A stretch of DNA of 64,000 bases from Flavobacteriia bacterium (GTDB lineage Bacteria; Bacteroidota; Bacteroidia; Flavobacteriales; Flavobacteriaceae): positions 475 through 64,474 of the forward strand of contig RDXY01000007.1 of NCBI GenBank assembly GCA_004293045.1, given 5' to 3'. Position 1 is the stretch's first letter. The number at the start of each line of letters is the position of its first letter. This document shows positions 49,090 through 59,427 of the stretch, in pieces. The notes under the pieces are model-generated. The model was not told the origin of the DNA. It saw only the letters and a list, made by a program, of their open reading frames with translations, and did not search any database. Position numbers and translations under genes: made by a program.

Positions 49090-50085
49090 ATGAGATCAAT
49101 CATAAAATTATTAAAATTACTCTATGAGCAGGGTTATTTCACCTTGGTATTATTAGTTGTTTTAATTGGTTCAATTTGGTTGTTAGTACATTTTTTAAAG
49201 AAATCAACACTTTCTGATTCAAATAAATCTATTGTAATCACCACACATTCTGTAATTTGCATCGTACTTTTACTATTATTTGTTAGATTTTGGCCTCCTT
49301 ATGGAAAAACCGAAATGTTGATAGCACAAGGTGGCGGTGGCGGTGGAGTTACCCTAAATTATGGAGATACCGATTTTGGAAAAGGTGATGATTATTTAAA
49401 TGAAACCTTAGAAGTGAATATGAAAGATGTGGCTTCAGAACCTGAAGAATCTACTCCTGAAGACATCTTAACTCAAGACAATATTGGTGCCGATGTGCCT
49501 ACTCCACCAAAATCAAAAAATAAACCTAAAGAGAAAAAGCCAACGGAAACCAAACCAGTGGAAACAGCTAAAACGCCTGTAAAAAAGACCAATAGTGCTT
49601 TAAGCAACATGATTAAAGGTAAAAATAAAGGTGGCGACGGAAATAGCAATACCAGCGGAAATCAAGGTTCCGAAAATGGTAATACGAATGCCAACGGCTA
49701 CTATGGCGGTGGGGGTTCTGGCGGCGGAACAGGCGGTGGAAATGGTACAGGAAACGGCACGGGAACCGGAGCAGGAAATGGTTCTGGCTCAGGTGGCGGA
49801 AATGGAAGTGGTGGTAAAGGTGGTGCAAATTATAGTTTAGCAGGTAGAAGAAATATTAGTCAACCTGTAGTTGGTAACGAATGTAATTCTTTCGGAAAAG
49901 TAGTAATTGAGGTTACCGTTGATAAGGCGGGTAATACTATTGGAGTATCTAATGGTAGAGGGACAACGGGAGATGCTTGCTTAATTGCATTAGCTAAAAA
50001 CTTTGCTCGAAAAACAAAATGGACACCAAGTGATACCGCTGCTGAAAAACAAGTAGGTACAATTACTTATAATTTTAAAAATTAA
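49090..50085 (+). CDS. TonB-like energy transducer with Gly-rich linker
   Basis: N-terminal TM segments, Pro/Lys- and Gly-rich linker, C-terminal GKVVIEVTVDKAG...QVGTITYNF. Confidence 0.75.
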   Translation: MRSIIKLLKLLYEQGYFTLVLLVVLIGSIWLLVHFLKKSTLSDSNKSIVITTHSVICIVLLLLFVRFWPPYGKTEMLIAQGGGGGGVTLNYGDTDFGKGDDYLNETLEVNMKDVASEPEESTPEDILTQDNIGADVPTPPKSKNKPKEKKPTETKPVETAKTPVKKTNSALSNMIKGKNKGGDGNSNTSGNQGSENGNTNANGYYGGGGSGGGTGGGNGTGNGTGTGAGNGSGSGGGNGSGGKGGANYSLAGRRNISQPVVGNECNSFGKVVIEVTVDKAGNTIGVSNGRGTTGDACLIALAKNFARKTKWTPSDTAAEKQVGTITYNFKN

Positions 50086-50120
50086 TTTTAAGTTACCTAA
50101 TTCCTATACAAAAACCCAAA

Positions 50121-50156
50121 TAAACTCTCTAAACTTTTAAACTTTTAAACATAAAC
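50121..50156. repeat. Short TAAAC-core tandem array
   Basis: TAAACTCTC TAAACTTT TAAACTTT TAAACA TAAAC upstream of the pepT promoter. Confidence 0.5.
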
Positions 50157-50189
50157 ATTTATATTTGCATCACAATAAAAACAAAACAA

Positions 50190-51437
50190 ATGCAACATAT
50201 AATCGATCGTTTTATAGGATACGTTACTGTGGATACAGAATCGGATCCAGAATCAAACACTACACCAAGTACAGCTAAACAATGGGATTTAGCAAACAAA
50301 TTAGTTGAAGAGTTAAAACAAATAGGTTTGTCAGATGTTTCCATAAACGACAAATCTTATGTAATGGCAACTTTACCAAGTAATTTAGAGTATGAAGTGC
50401 CTACGATTGGTTTTGTTTCGCATTTTGATACTACTCCAGATTTTACTGGAAAAGATGTAAAACCACAAATTATAAGAAATTATGACGGTGGCGATATTAT
50501 CTTAAACAAAGAAAAAAACATCATCTTATCTCCTTCTTACTTTAAAGATTTGTTACTATATAAAGGGCAAACTTTAATTACTACAGATGGTACTACGCTA
50601 CTTGGCGCAGATGATAAAGCAGGAATTACAGAAATCATGACTGCTATGGAATATTTGGTGCAACACCCAGAAATTAAACACGGAGCCTTAAAAGTATGTT
50701 TTACGCCAGATGAAGAAATTGGTCGTGGTGCAGATCATTTCGATGTAGAAAAATTTGGTGCAGATTGGGCATACACTATGGATGGAAGTCAAATTGGTGA
50801 ATTAGAATATGAAAATTTTAATGCAGCTGGAGTAAAAATCATCTTTAAAGGAAAAAGCGTACATCCAGGTTATGCGAAAGGAAAAATGATCAATTCCATG
50901 CTTTTAGCAAATAAATTTATTGCGAAATTACCAAAGGAGGAAACACCTGAAACCACAAAAAACTACGAAGGTTTTTATCATGTTACCAATATTCAAGGTA
51001 GTATTGAAGAAACTTTAGTGCAAGTAATCATTAGAGACCACAATCGTAAGAAATTTGAAAAACGAAAGGTGTATGTTGAAGAAGTAGTTTCGAAAATCAA
51101 CAAGAAATACAAAAAACAATTTGGCGAAGACATTGCGGTTTTAGAAATAAAAGATCAATATTACAACATGCGTGAAAAAGTAGAACCTGTAATGCATATT
51201 GTAAAACTTGCCGAACAAGCTATGAAGGAGTTGAACATCAAACCGTTAATAAAGCCCATTCGTGGAGGTACTGATGGTTCGCGTTTATCATTTATGGGAT
51301 TACCTTGTCCGAATATTTTTGCTGGTGGTCACAATTTTCATGGTAAATACGAATATGTTCCTGTTGAAAGTATGCAAAAAGCGGTTGAAGTAATTGTAAA
51401 AATTGCAGAATTAAACGCAATTCAGAATAAGAAATAA
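50190..51437 (+). CDS. pepT: Peptidase T
   Basis: [33 protein letters not shown]. Confidence 0.96.
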   Translation: MQHIIDRFIGYVTVDTESDPESNTTPSTAKQWDLANKLVEELKQIGLSDVSINDKSYVMATLPSNLEYEVPTIGFVSHFDTTPDFTGKDVKPQIIRNYDGGDIILNKEKNIILSPSYFKDLLLYKGQTLITTDGTTLLGADDKAGITEIMTAMEYLVQHPEIKHGALKVCFTPDEEIGRGADHFDVEKFGADWAYTMDGSQIGELEYENFNAAGVKIIFKGKSVHPGYAKGKMINSMLLANKFIAKLPKEETPETTKNYEGFYHVTNIQGSIEETLVQVIIRDHNRKKFEKRKVYVEEVVSKINKKYKKQFGEDIAVLEIKDQYYNMREKVEPVMHIVKLAEQAMKELNIKPLIKPIRGGTDGSRLSFMGLPCPNIFAGGHNFHGKYEYVPVESMQKAVEVIVKIAELNAIQNKK

Positions 51438-51449
51438 ATTACAAATTAA

Positions 51450-51544
51450 AAATTCCAAATCCCAAAATTGGATGTAGCATAAAATAAAAATTCCAAATTC
51501 CACTGTTATTCAGTTTGGAATTTGGAATTTATTTTTTGGAATTT
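51450..51544. repeat. Inverted AAATTCC heptamer array between convergent genes
   Basis: AAATTCC AAATCCC ... AAATTCC AAATTCC-ACTG-ttatt-CAGTtt-GGAATTT GGAATTT ... GGAATTT. Confidence 0.75.
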
Positions 51545-51550
51545 AAAATA

Positions 51551-51823
51551 TTATTTCTTCTCGTTCAGTTTTAAACTCATTTCTGCAGAGATGGAACTTT
51601 TTTCGATTTTTAATTTACCCGACATGGTTTCCATAACAATTGTAGTTTCGGCAATTTCAGAAACTTTACCATGAATTCCAGCGATTGTAATAATTTTATC
51701 GCCTGTTTTTAAATGGGTTAAAAATTCTTTTTCTAATTTAATTTTTTTGTTTTTAGGCATAATAATTAAGAAGTAAAACACTCCTATCATTAATACTAAC
51801 TGTGCAATTAACATTGGATTCAT
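51551..51823 (-). CDS. yajC: Preprotein translocase subunit YajC
   Basis: FYFLIIMP, LKTGDKIITIAGIHG. Confidence 0.9.
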   Translation of the reverse strand: MNPMLIAQLVLMIGVFYFLIIMPKNKKIKLEKEFLTHLKTGDKIITIAGIHGKVSEIAETTIVMETMSGKLKIEKSSISAEMSLKLNEKK

Positions 51824-51830
51824 ATCGTTC

Positions 51831-52265
51831 TTATTTAGATTTTATACTTGCTTTTATTCTAATAGTTTCAACAATTTTTGCTGTGTTACAGGTAATCATG
51901 ACTGATTTTGTTACTTCACCAGATTTTCCGTTAGAATCAAATTTCACATGAATTGGCGCTGATTCTCCAGGCTCTATTGCTTCTTTTGTAACTTCTGGAA
52001 CCGTACAACCACAAGAACCATGGGCTTCCGCGATATACAAATCATTATCACCTACATTTTTTATAGTAAAAGTCGTAGCTACCACTTCACCTTGTTTAAT
52101 TTCTCCAAAATCGTGAACCTCTTTATCAAATGCTACTTTCGTTTTTGGTGCTTTTGCATTTTCTTGTAAGCTAGTTGTAATATCTTGCTCCGCAGACACT
52201 TCTTTTTTACAAGACCAAGTTATTAGCACTGCAGCTACTACAAAAATTTTAATCGTTTTTTTCAT
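51831..52265 (-). CDS. DUF1573 domain lipoprotein
   Basis: Lipobox TWSC; HDFGEI; SCGCTVP. Confidence 0.88.
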   Translation of the reverse strand: MKKTIKIFVVAAVLITWSCKKEVSAEQDITTSLQENAKAPKTKVAFDKEVHDFGEIKQGEVVATTFTIKNVGDNDLYIAEAHGSCGCTVPEVTKEAIEPGESAPIHVKFDSNGKSGEVTKSVMITCNTAKIVETIRIKASIKSK

Positions 52266-52276
52266 ATTATATTATT

Positions 52277-53218
52277 TTATAACAATCCTCTACCCGCTTT
52301 TTTAATTTTATCTTCGGCTTGAAAATCTTTTACTAAATTATCTAAAATTCCGTTGATAAATATACTACTTTTTGGTGTAGAATATTCTTTAGCGATTTCT
52401 AAATATTCATTTAAGGTAACTTTTACTGGAATTGAAGGAAATTTTAACAATTCGCAAATGGCCATTTTAAGTATGATGGTATCTAATTCTGCTATACGTT
52501 CCTTATCCCAATTTGGGGTTTTATTTTCAAATGTAGCGGCGAATTCTAATTCATTTAAAACTGTTTTTCTAAATAAATTTCTAACAAATTCTTTGTCGTC
52601 TAACTCTTTAAAAACAACTGGTAATTCTAAAGAATCATCTATACTCTTTATCGCTTTTATTTGCTTAGAAAGTAAGGTGTTAATTACAGGAATATCGTCT
52701 ACCCAAGTAATTTTATAGTCTTCTAAATAATCGTAAAGTTTTTCGTTTGGCGCAATAATCTCATTAAAAACATCGTAAATAAAGAAAATATCTTTCTTAA
52801 ATTCTGAGGTTTCAACTGCCATATATCTTTTGTATAAATCGGAAGTTTTAATTGCTTCTAATAGAAAAATAATACAATCGTCATTACGTTTCCAATTGTC
52901 AATTTTTCGTTCTTCCAATTTATCGTAAAAAGCTGTATGATTATCTAAAATCTTAAAAAAACTATTATTTACGAATTTAAAATTAGGATTTTGTTCTTCT
53001 TTTGTAGCCAGATGTTTTTTAGAAGCTAGTTCTAAATATGCTTTTTCTTTGAGTTGTAATTCATTGAAAATGGAAAGCATTACTAAATATAAATCTTGAG
53101 AATTTTCAATACTTTGTAATAAAAATTTTTCCTCTTTATCTAATGAATCTGATTCGTGTCTATGCATGGCATAGATGGTTTGCATCACTTTTACTCTAAA
53201 ATGTCTTCTGTTAAGCAT
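52277..53218 (-). CDS. nusB: Transcription antitermination factor NusB (long Bacteroidota form)
   Basis: MLNRRH.RVKVMQ; IPVKVTLNEYLEIAK.YS...S..FINGILD. Confidence 0.93.
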   Translation of the reverse strand: MLNRRHFRVKVMQTIYAMHRHESDSLDKEEKFLLQSIENSQDLYLVMLSIFNELQLKEKAYLELASKKHLATKEEQNPNFKFVNNSFFKILDNHTAFYDKLEERKIDNWKRNDDCIIFLLEAIKTSDLYKRYMAVETSEFKKDIFFIYDVFNEIIAPNEKLYDYLEDYKITWVDDIPVINTLLSKQIKAIKSIDDSLELPVVFKELDDKEFVRNLFRKTVLNELEFAATFENKTPNWDKERIAELDTIILKMAICELLKFPSIPVKVTLNEYLEIAKEYSTPKSSIFINGILDNLVKDFQAEDKIKKAGRGLL

Positions 53219-53299
53219 GGCTAAGAACTTTAAAAAAATTATCCCGAAATAATTATAGTGTTATTTCGGGACAAATTTACAATTTTTTATTTTAAAGAA

Positions 53300-54406
53300 T
53301 TATTTGTTTTGTAATTCTTTTTTTCTGTCATCAATTCTTTTTTGAGCAATATTTAATGCGGCTTGATGTGTAGTAATATTTTGAACATCTGATAAGGTAA
53401 AGATATCCATAGCAGTATTATAAATATTTTCAGTCTTCTCCATAACTTGAGCCGATGTTAAATTGGCCAACTCAGAATACACATTAATTACACCACCTGC
53501 ATTAATTAAGAAATCGGGAGCGTATAAAATTCCTTTTTCTTTTAATAATTTGCCATGAATTACTTCATTAGCAAGTTGGTTATTAGCCGCCCCAGCAATT
53601 ACTTTAGCTTGGATTTTGCTAATGGTTTCATCATTAATAGTTGCACCTAAAGCACAGGGAGCATAAATATCAACATCTAAACTATATAAATCGTTTCCAC
53701 TAAAAATTTTAGCTCCGTATTTTGAACCTACTTCCTGTAATCTATTTTCATTAATGTCAGAAATAGTTACTATAGCACCTTCATTAGTTAAATGTTGTAC
53801 TAAAACTTCACCAACATGTCCAATTCCTTGTACTAAAACACTTTTCCCAGCTAAAGTAGCTACTCCAAATTTATGCTTTGCAGCCGCTTTCATTCCCATA
53901 AAAACACCATATGCTGTAATTGGAGAAGGATTTCCAGAACCACCTTTACTTTCAGAAATTCCCGTAACGTACGGTGTTACTTCTCTAACAGTATCCATGT
54001 CTTTTGTTTCCATTCCCACATCTTCGGCAGTAATATATTTTCCTGATAAAGAATTCACATATGCTCCGAATTTTCTCATCAATTCAGGTGTTTTTTCAGT
54101 TTTGGCATCCCCAATAATAACTGCTTTTCCACCACCTAAATTCAATCCTGAAATAGACGATTTAAAAGACATCCCACGAGATAATCGTAACACATCATTT
54201 AAGGCTTCCCACTCGTTTGCATAGTTCCACATCCTAGTACCTCCAAGTGCAGGTCCAAGAACAGTGTTATGAATTCCAATTATTGCTTTTAATCCTGTAT
54301 CTTTGTCATTACAAAAAACAACTTGTTCGTGTCCGTCAAAAGAAATTTGACCAAAAACTGGATCTACTTTATGTAGTTCATTTGAATTTATTATATCTGT
54401 TGTCAT
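53300..54406 (-). CDS. Leucine dehydrogenase (Glu/Leu/Phe/Val family)
   Basis: GPALGGTR, GGGKAV, ITAEDVG, GAANNQL, NAGG; ATG 54406. Confidence 0.9.
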   Translation of the reverse strand: MTTDIINSNELHKVDPVFGQISFDGHEQVVFCNDKDTGLKAIIGIHNTVLGPALGGTRMWNYANEWEALNDVLRLSRGMSFKSSISGLNLGGGKAVIIGDAKTEKTPELMRKFGAYVNSLSGKYITAEDVGMETKDMDTVREVTPYVTGISESKGGSGNPSPITAYGVFMGMKAAAKHKFGVATLAGKSVLVQGIGHVGEVLVQHLTNEGAIVTISDINENRLQEVGSKYGAKIFSGNDLYSLDVDIYAPCALGATINDETISKIQAKVIAGAANNQLANEVIHGKLLKEKGILYAPDFLINAGGVINVYSELANLTSAQVMEKTENIYNTAMDIFTLSDVQNITTHQAALNIAQKRIDDRKKELQNK

Positions 54407-54581
54407 TAGTATATTTGATTTTTTATCAATAATAAGTCGCAAAAATATGGATAAATTATATATAATTCTTGTTTTTTATTTTATTTTTACGAATACAATA
54501 ATTATACTTGATGTACAATAAACTAAAAAAAGCCTGTTTTTTTAAATAAAAATAAAATTACTTTAAATTACTTTACTTTAA

Positions 54582-56345
54582 ATGAAAGAATTACAATATT
54601 TAAATAAATATTTCATAAAATATAAATATCGCTTCTTGTTTGGAATAGTCATTACTATTGTTGCTCAAATATTTGCCTTATACACTCCGGAATTAGTTGG
54701 AAAATCTATAACATTAATTGAATTATACTTAAAATCTGAAAATAAAAACACTTCATTACTTAAAAAAGATTTATTAGAAAATATAGTGTTAATTTTAATT
54801 TGTACCCTAATTGCCGGTTTTTTGACTTTTTTAATGCGTCAATCCTTAATTGTAATGTCTCGTTATGTAGAATTTGATCTTAAAAATGAAATTTTCAATC
54901 ACTACCAAAATCTTTCTCAAAATTTTTACAAAAAAAACAGAACGGGTGATTTAATGAATCGCATAAGTGAAGATGTTGGAAAAGTTCGCATGTATGTAGG
55001 GCCAGCGGTTATGTATACCATAAATACCATTATACGATTTGCAGCAATAATTATTAGTATGTCAGCAATAAACGTAAAACTAACGATTTATTGTTTGCTT
55101 CCATTACCCATTTTATCTTATAGTATTTTTATTTTAAGTAAACGAATCAATAAAAAGAGTACGGAATATCAAGAAAACCTATCTACATTGTCTTCGTTTA
55201 CCCAAGAATTTTTTTCAGGCATAAGAGTAATTAAGGCCTATGCATTGGAAAAAGATAGAAATAAGGAATTTATCAAATTATCTAAGATTAGTAAAGAAAA
55301 GAACTTAGCCTTAGCCATGACAAATGCTTTATTTGGGCCACTAATGATATTATTAATTGGATTAAGTTATTTAATTGTAATTTTTGTTGGCGGAGAAATG
55401 TATGTTACTGGTGAAATAAAAGATATTGGTATTATAGCAAAGTTTTTACTATACATAGGCATGTTGGTTTGGCCAGTAGCCTCATTTGGCTGGGTTTCCT
55501 CATTGGTCCAGGAAGCAGAAGCCTCACAAAAAAGAATCAATGAATTTTTAACAGAAACACCTGAAATTCAAAATACAGGAACAATTACCACACCAATTGA
55601 AGGGAAAATCTCTTTTGAGAATGTAAGTTATACTTACGATGACACAAACATAAAAGCGCTAACGGATGTCAGTTTTATTATTAACAAAGGAGAAACCATA
55701 GCAATTTTAGGAAAAACAGGTTCAGGAAAATCTACAATATTATCTTTATTAACCCGAATTCATGACGTGACAGGAAGTTCTAAAATTAAAATTGACGATA
55801 GAGATTTAGCCAATTACGATGTATTTCATTTACGAAAAAGTATGAGTATCGTCACACAAGATCCGTTCTTGTTTTCGGATACCATTAAAAACAATATCAA
55901 ATTCGGTAAAGAAGACGCTACAGATGAAGAAATTACTGAAGCAGCAAAAATGGCAGTTGTAGATGATAATATTCAATTGTTTACTACTAAATATGAAACT
56001 ATTTTAGGCGAAAGAGGAATTACTTTATCTGGCGGACAAAAACAACGTGTTTCTATTGCAAGAGCAATTATTAAAGAAGCGCCTATTTTAATTTTGGACG
56101 ATTGCTTAAGTGCCGTTGATACCGAAACAGAAGAAAAAATAATTACTAATTTTAAAACTATTTTCAAAAACAAAACCACTATTATTGTTACGCATCGAGC
56201 ATCTGCGGCTAAAAATGCAACTAAAATTATTATTTTAGATGAAGGAAAAATTATTCAGCAAGGCACGCACAATGAACTTGTAAAAAAAGAAGGCTTTTAT
56301 AAAGATTTATTCATAAAACAACTTTCTGAAAAAGAAAATGCTTAA
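54582..56345 (+). CDS. ABC transporter, fused permease/ATPase
   Basis: TM domain, GKTGSGKS, LSGGQKQR, ILDD. Confidence 0.93.
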   Translation: MKELQYLNKYFIKYKYRFLFGIVITIVAQIFALYTPELVGKSITLIELYLKSENKNTSLLKKDLLENIVLILICTLIAGFLTFLMRQSLIVMSRYVEFDLKNEIFNHYQNLSQNFYKKNRTGDLMNRISEDVGKVRMYVGPAVMYTINTIIRFAAIIISMSAINVKLTIYCLLPLPILSYSIFILSKRINKKSTEYQENLSTLSSFTQEFFSGIRVIKAYALEKDRNKEFIKLSKISKEKNLALAMTNALFGPLMILLIGLSYLIVIFVGGEMYVTGEIKDIGIIAKFLLYIGMLVWPVASFGWVSSLVQEAEASQKRINEFLTETPEIQNTGTITTPIEGKISFENVSYTYDDTNIKALTDVSFIINKGETIAILGKTGSGKSTILSLLTRIHDVTGSSKIKIDDRDLANYDVFHLRKSMSIVTQDPFLFSDTIKNNIKFGKEDATDEEITEAAKMAVVDDNIQLFTTKYETILGERGITLSGGQKQRVSIARAIIKEAPILILDDCLSAVDTETEEKIITNFKTIFKNKTTIIVTHRASAAKNATKIIILDEGKIIQQGTHNELVKKEGFYKDLFIKQLSEKENA

Positions 56346-56416
56346 AAAAATTGTTTTGTAAAGTTTTTTTTTAGATTTTTGAAACACAAAAACAACTAAT
56401 AATTCAACGAAGGTTT

Positions 56417-56803
56417 ATGAATGACAAAGAATTAGTAGAAAAAGACATTTTTTCTAAGGTATTAAGAGCAGGAAGAAGAACCTACTTCTTTGATGTAAGA
56501 GCTACAAAAGCCGACGATTATTATATCACCATTACCGAAAGTAAAAAATTTACAGAAGAAGATGGCTCTTATCATTTCAAAAAACATAAGATTTATTTAT
56601 ATAAAGAAGATTTTACTTCTTTTAATGAAATTTTAAACGAAATGACCAACTATGTTATTAACCATAAAGGAGAAGAAGTAATTTCTGAAAGACACCAAAA
56701 AGATTTTAAAAAAGAATCTGGAATAGCTGAATATTCAAACTCTGAAGAACCTACTTCAACAACTTCAAACAGTTATACAGATATAGATTTTGATGATATT
56801 TAA
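56417..56803 (+). CDS. PUR-family (DUF3276) DNA/RNA-binding protein
   Basis: FSKVLRAGRRTYFFDV, ITITESKK, KIYLYKEDF. Confidence 0.88.
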   Translation: MNDKELVEKDIFSKVLRAGRRTYFFDVRATKADDYYITITESKKFTEEDGSYHFKKHKIYLYKEDFTSFNEILNEMTNYVINHKGEEVISERHQKDFKKESGIAEYSNSEEPTSTTSNSYTDIDFDDI

Positions 56804-56834
56804 AAAAAGGCTTTCTTAGGAAAGCCTTTTTTTT
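56802..56834 (+). terminator. Intrinsic terminator
   Basis: A7-GGCTTTC-ttag-GAAAGCC-T8. Confidence 0.8.
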
Positions 56835-56869
56835 ATCCTTTATTTTTTTTTAATATAATAAATACAAAT

Positions 56870-56899
56870 AAAAAAAGGCAATCTTTCGATTGCCTTTTT
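56870..56899 (-). terminator. Intrinsic terminator after the tRNA
   Basis: A7-GGCAATC-tttc-GATTGCC-T5. Confidence 0.75.
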
Positions 56900-56900
56900 G

Positions 56901-56974
56901 AGCCAGTGGAGGGACTCGAACCCACGACCTGCTGATTACAAATCAGCTGCTCTAGCCAGCTGAGCTACACCGGC
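56901..56974 (-). tRNA. tRNA-Thr(TGT), CCA not encoded
   Basis: Reverse complement GCCGGTGTAGCTCAGCTGGCTAGAGCAGCTGATTTGTAATCAGCAGGTCGTGGGTTCGAGTCCCTCCACTGGCT folds as a cloverleaf with anticodon TGT. Confidence 0.96.
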
Positions 56975-57050
56975 GACTCATTTTGCAGTGCAAATATAGT
57001 CTTGATAATTTAATTTGCAAAAAAAATAATTGTTTTTTTTGCAATTTTTT

Positions 57051-57320
57051 TTAGTTTAATTCGTTCACTTTTGCAACAAATTGATTTGCAGCAACTTCGA
57101 ATTCTGCTTTAACTAATTTATAATGTGCTTTTTTATTTTCAACATTTTTTTGGTTTACTTTTACCATTAATGCATCAAATGTATCGTAAATATCTCCTAC
57201 TAATGCCTCTGAAGATTCAGTTGGTTTTCCTGTAGAAGTCATTTCCCAAATATATACTATGTTTAAGATATCTCCTAAAACGTAGTTAATTTCTTTTTTC
57301 AAGTTTTTAACGCTTGCCAT
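57051..57320 (-). CDS. Small hypothetical protein
   Basis: 89-aa helical ORF MASVKNLKKEINYVLGD with a TACTTTTG promoter motif upstream. Confidence 0.8.
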   Translation of the reverse strand: MASVKNLKKEINYVLGDILNIVYIWEMTSTGKPTESSEALVGDIYDTFDALMVKVNQKNVENKKAHYKLVKAEFEVAANQFVAKVNELN

Positions 57321-57377
57321 TTTGTTATTTTTAAAAATTATGTTGCAAAAGTAAACAATATATTAATACGCTGCTAA

Positions 57378-58337
57378 TTAAATTGTAATTTCCAATACAG
57401 ACGCTTCGCCAATAATTTCAAAACCATCTAGTATAGCTGGTATTAATAGGGTATCTCCTTTTTTAAATTCAGCTTGAAAATGCGGCATATTTACAGTAAA
57501 ACTTCCTTTTATACACATCAAAACCGTAAAGGATTCTTTCGTTTTTTTCCACTGGTATTTTCCAGAAATTTGTAAAATATTGGTCTTAAAAAAAGGACAA
57601 TCTGCTAAATTAACTGACTTGTTTTTAACGACTTCATAGTTTAATTTAGTATTTGTAGGTTCAAAGTTTATCGCATCAAGAGCTAAATCCGTATGCAACG
57701 CTCTACCCTTTCCTTTGGCATCTACCCTATCCCAATCATATAAACGATACGTAATATCACTAGTTTGTTGAATTTCTGCAATTAAAACACCGGCACCAAT
57801 AGCGTGAACGGTACCTGTTTCTAGAAAAAAAGCATCGCCTTCTTTTACAGGTGTTTCATTTAAAATGGTGACTAATGTTTTATTTTCTAAATGCTCTTGA
57901 TACTCTTTTTTATTTGTTTTGTCTTTAAATCCAACAACCAATCTTGCATTTTTATCGGCTTGCATGACAAACCACATTTCTGTTTTACCAAAAGAGTTGT
58001 GACGCTCTTTTGCTAAATTATCATTTGGATGAACTTGAATAGACAAATCTTCTTTAGCATCGATAAACTTAAAAAGTAATGGGAAATTATTACCGAAATT
58101 TTGAATGGAATTAACACCTAATATTTCTGTAGGATATTTTTCAATTAATTGATTTAAATTCAACCCTTTGCATTCACCATTTGAAACTACGCTAATATCG
58201 TTTTCTACAGTTGATAATTCCCAACTTTCACCAATTTGGTTGCTTATAAAAGATTTATTTAAAACTTCTTTTAGTTTGGTGCCGCCCCAAATTCGTTCTT
58301 TGAAAATGGGATCAAAAAGTAAGGGATAAAATAACAT
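57378..58337 (-). CDS. manA: Type I phosphomannose isomerase
   Basis: RIWGG, GESWE, LSIQVHP, GKTEMW, EIQQTSD.TYR. Confidence 0.92.
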   Translation of the reverse strand: MLFYPLLFDPIFKERIWGGTKLKEVLNKSFISNQIGESWELSTVENDISVVSNGECKGLNLNQLIEKYPTEILGVNSIQNFGNNFPLLFKFIDAKEDLSIQVHPNDNLAKERHNSFGKTEMWFVMQADKNARLVVGFKDKTNKKEYQEHLENKTLVTILNETPVKEGDAFFLETGTVHAIGAGVLIAEIQQTSDITYRLYDWDRVDAKGKGRALHTDLALDAINFEPTNTKLNYEVVKNKSVNLADCPFFKTNILQISGKYQWKKTKESFTVLMCIKGSFTVNMPHFQAEFKKGDTLLIPAILDGFEIIGEASVLEITI

Positions 58338-58748
58338 TTATTCGCCTTTATAGGTTACAAAATTTCGAGGTGTTTCGTATAAAACCACTTCTAAATTTAG
58401 ATTTAAATTAATGTGTGCTCTTAATTTTTGCCAAATTATTACTGAAATATTTTCGGCAGTTGGATTTAAATTTTCAAAATCCGGAACATCTAAATTTAAA
58501 TTTTTATGGTCAAACGCGTTTTCAATATGCTCTTTTATTAAATCTGATAAAATTTTTACATCAATAACAAACCCTGTTTCCTGATCAATTTCTCCTGTAA
58601 CACTTACAATTAATTCGTAGTTATGGCCATGATAATTTGGGTTGTTGCATTTTCCGAAAATGGCATTGTTTTTTTCCATAGACCAATCTTTTCGAAATAA
58701 TCTATGAGCCGCATTAAAATGTGCTTTCCTACTAACTGTTACTTTCAT
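58338..58748 (-). CDS. 6-pyruvoyl-tetrahydropterin synthase / QueD family
   Basis: FNAAHRL, CNNPNYHGHNY, PTAEN, ETPRN. Confidence 0.9.
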   Translation of the reverse strand: MKVTVSRKAHFNAAHRLFRKDWSMEKNNAIFGKCNNPNYHGHNYELIVSVTGEIDQETGFVIDVKILSDLIKEHIENAFDHKNLNLDVPDFENLNPTAENISVIIWQKLRAHINLNLNLEVVLYETPRNFVTYKGE

Positions 58749-58751
58749 TTT

Positions 58752-59276
58752 TTATATATTGTTATCAAAATGATGATAAAATTCTTCAAATATTATTTTA
58801 AACCAAACCGTATATAGATTTGGATTCCTAATCATGTCATTCTTTACGTCTTCAATCTTCATCCATTTCCAATTTTCTACTTCCTCTTTATTGATTTCTG
58901 GTATCTCGTTATAATAACCCAGCATCACATGATCTAGTTCGTGTTCCGTTAAGCCATTATCAAAAGGTGCTTTATAAATAAAGTGAAACATTTCTTTTAA
59001 TTCAGTTTCAAACCCCATTTCTTCTCGAAGGCGTCTAGTTCCTGCTTGAATATTAGTTTCGTTTTCTCGTTGATGGCTACAACAAGTATTGGTCCACAAT
59101 AAAGGAGAATGATATTTATGATGTGCACGCTGCTGCAACATCAACTCGTTTTTATCATTTAAAATAAACACAGAAAATGCTCTGTGCAAAACTGCTTTTT
59201 CATGTGCTTCAAGCTTATTCATCAATCCAATTGGATGGTCATTTACATCAACTAAAATAACTTTTTCTTCTACCAC
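58752..59276 (-). CDS. idi: Isopentenyl-diphosphate delta-isomerase (type 1)
   Basis: LHRAFSVF, WTNTCCSH, EHELDHV; GTG 59276 preferred because the TAAATTTG promoter motif overlaps the TTG at 59297. Confidence 0.93.
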   Translation of the reverse strand: MVEEKVILVDVNDHPIGLMNKLEAHEKAVLHRAFSVFILNDKNELMLQQRAHHKYHSPLLWTNTCCSHQRENETNIQAGTRRLREEMGFETELKEMFHFIYKAPFDNGLTEHELDHVMLGYYNEIPEINKEEVENWKWMKIEDVKNDMIRNPNLYTVWFKIIFEEFYHHFDNNI

Positions 59277-59427
59277 TCTTAAATATTTAATTGTCAAATT
59301 TACAAAAAAAATAATTTTTATAGCAAAGATATCCTGAAATAAAGACTTTAACGTATTGTTAATAAAATTGGGTTGGTTATACCATAAAAAATTGTATTTT
59401 TACGCTTCTAAAATTTTAAAAGAAAAA

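Noticed and set aside
49630-49830. GC-rich repetitive stretch as foreign DNA or overlapping ORFs
   Set aside because: Explained by Gly/Asn/Thr codons of the TonB-like linker; the alternative-frame ORFs are by-products
56870-56974. Genomic island integrated at tRNA-Thr
   Set aside because: The tRNA is followed directly by its terminator and core genes; no duplicated 3' end or integrase seen
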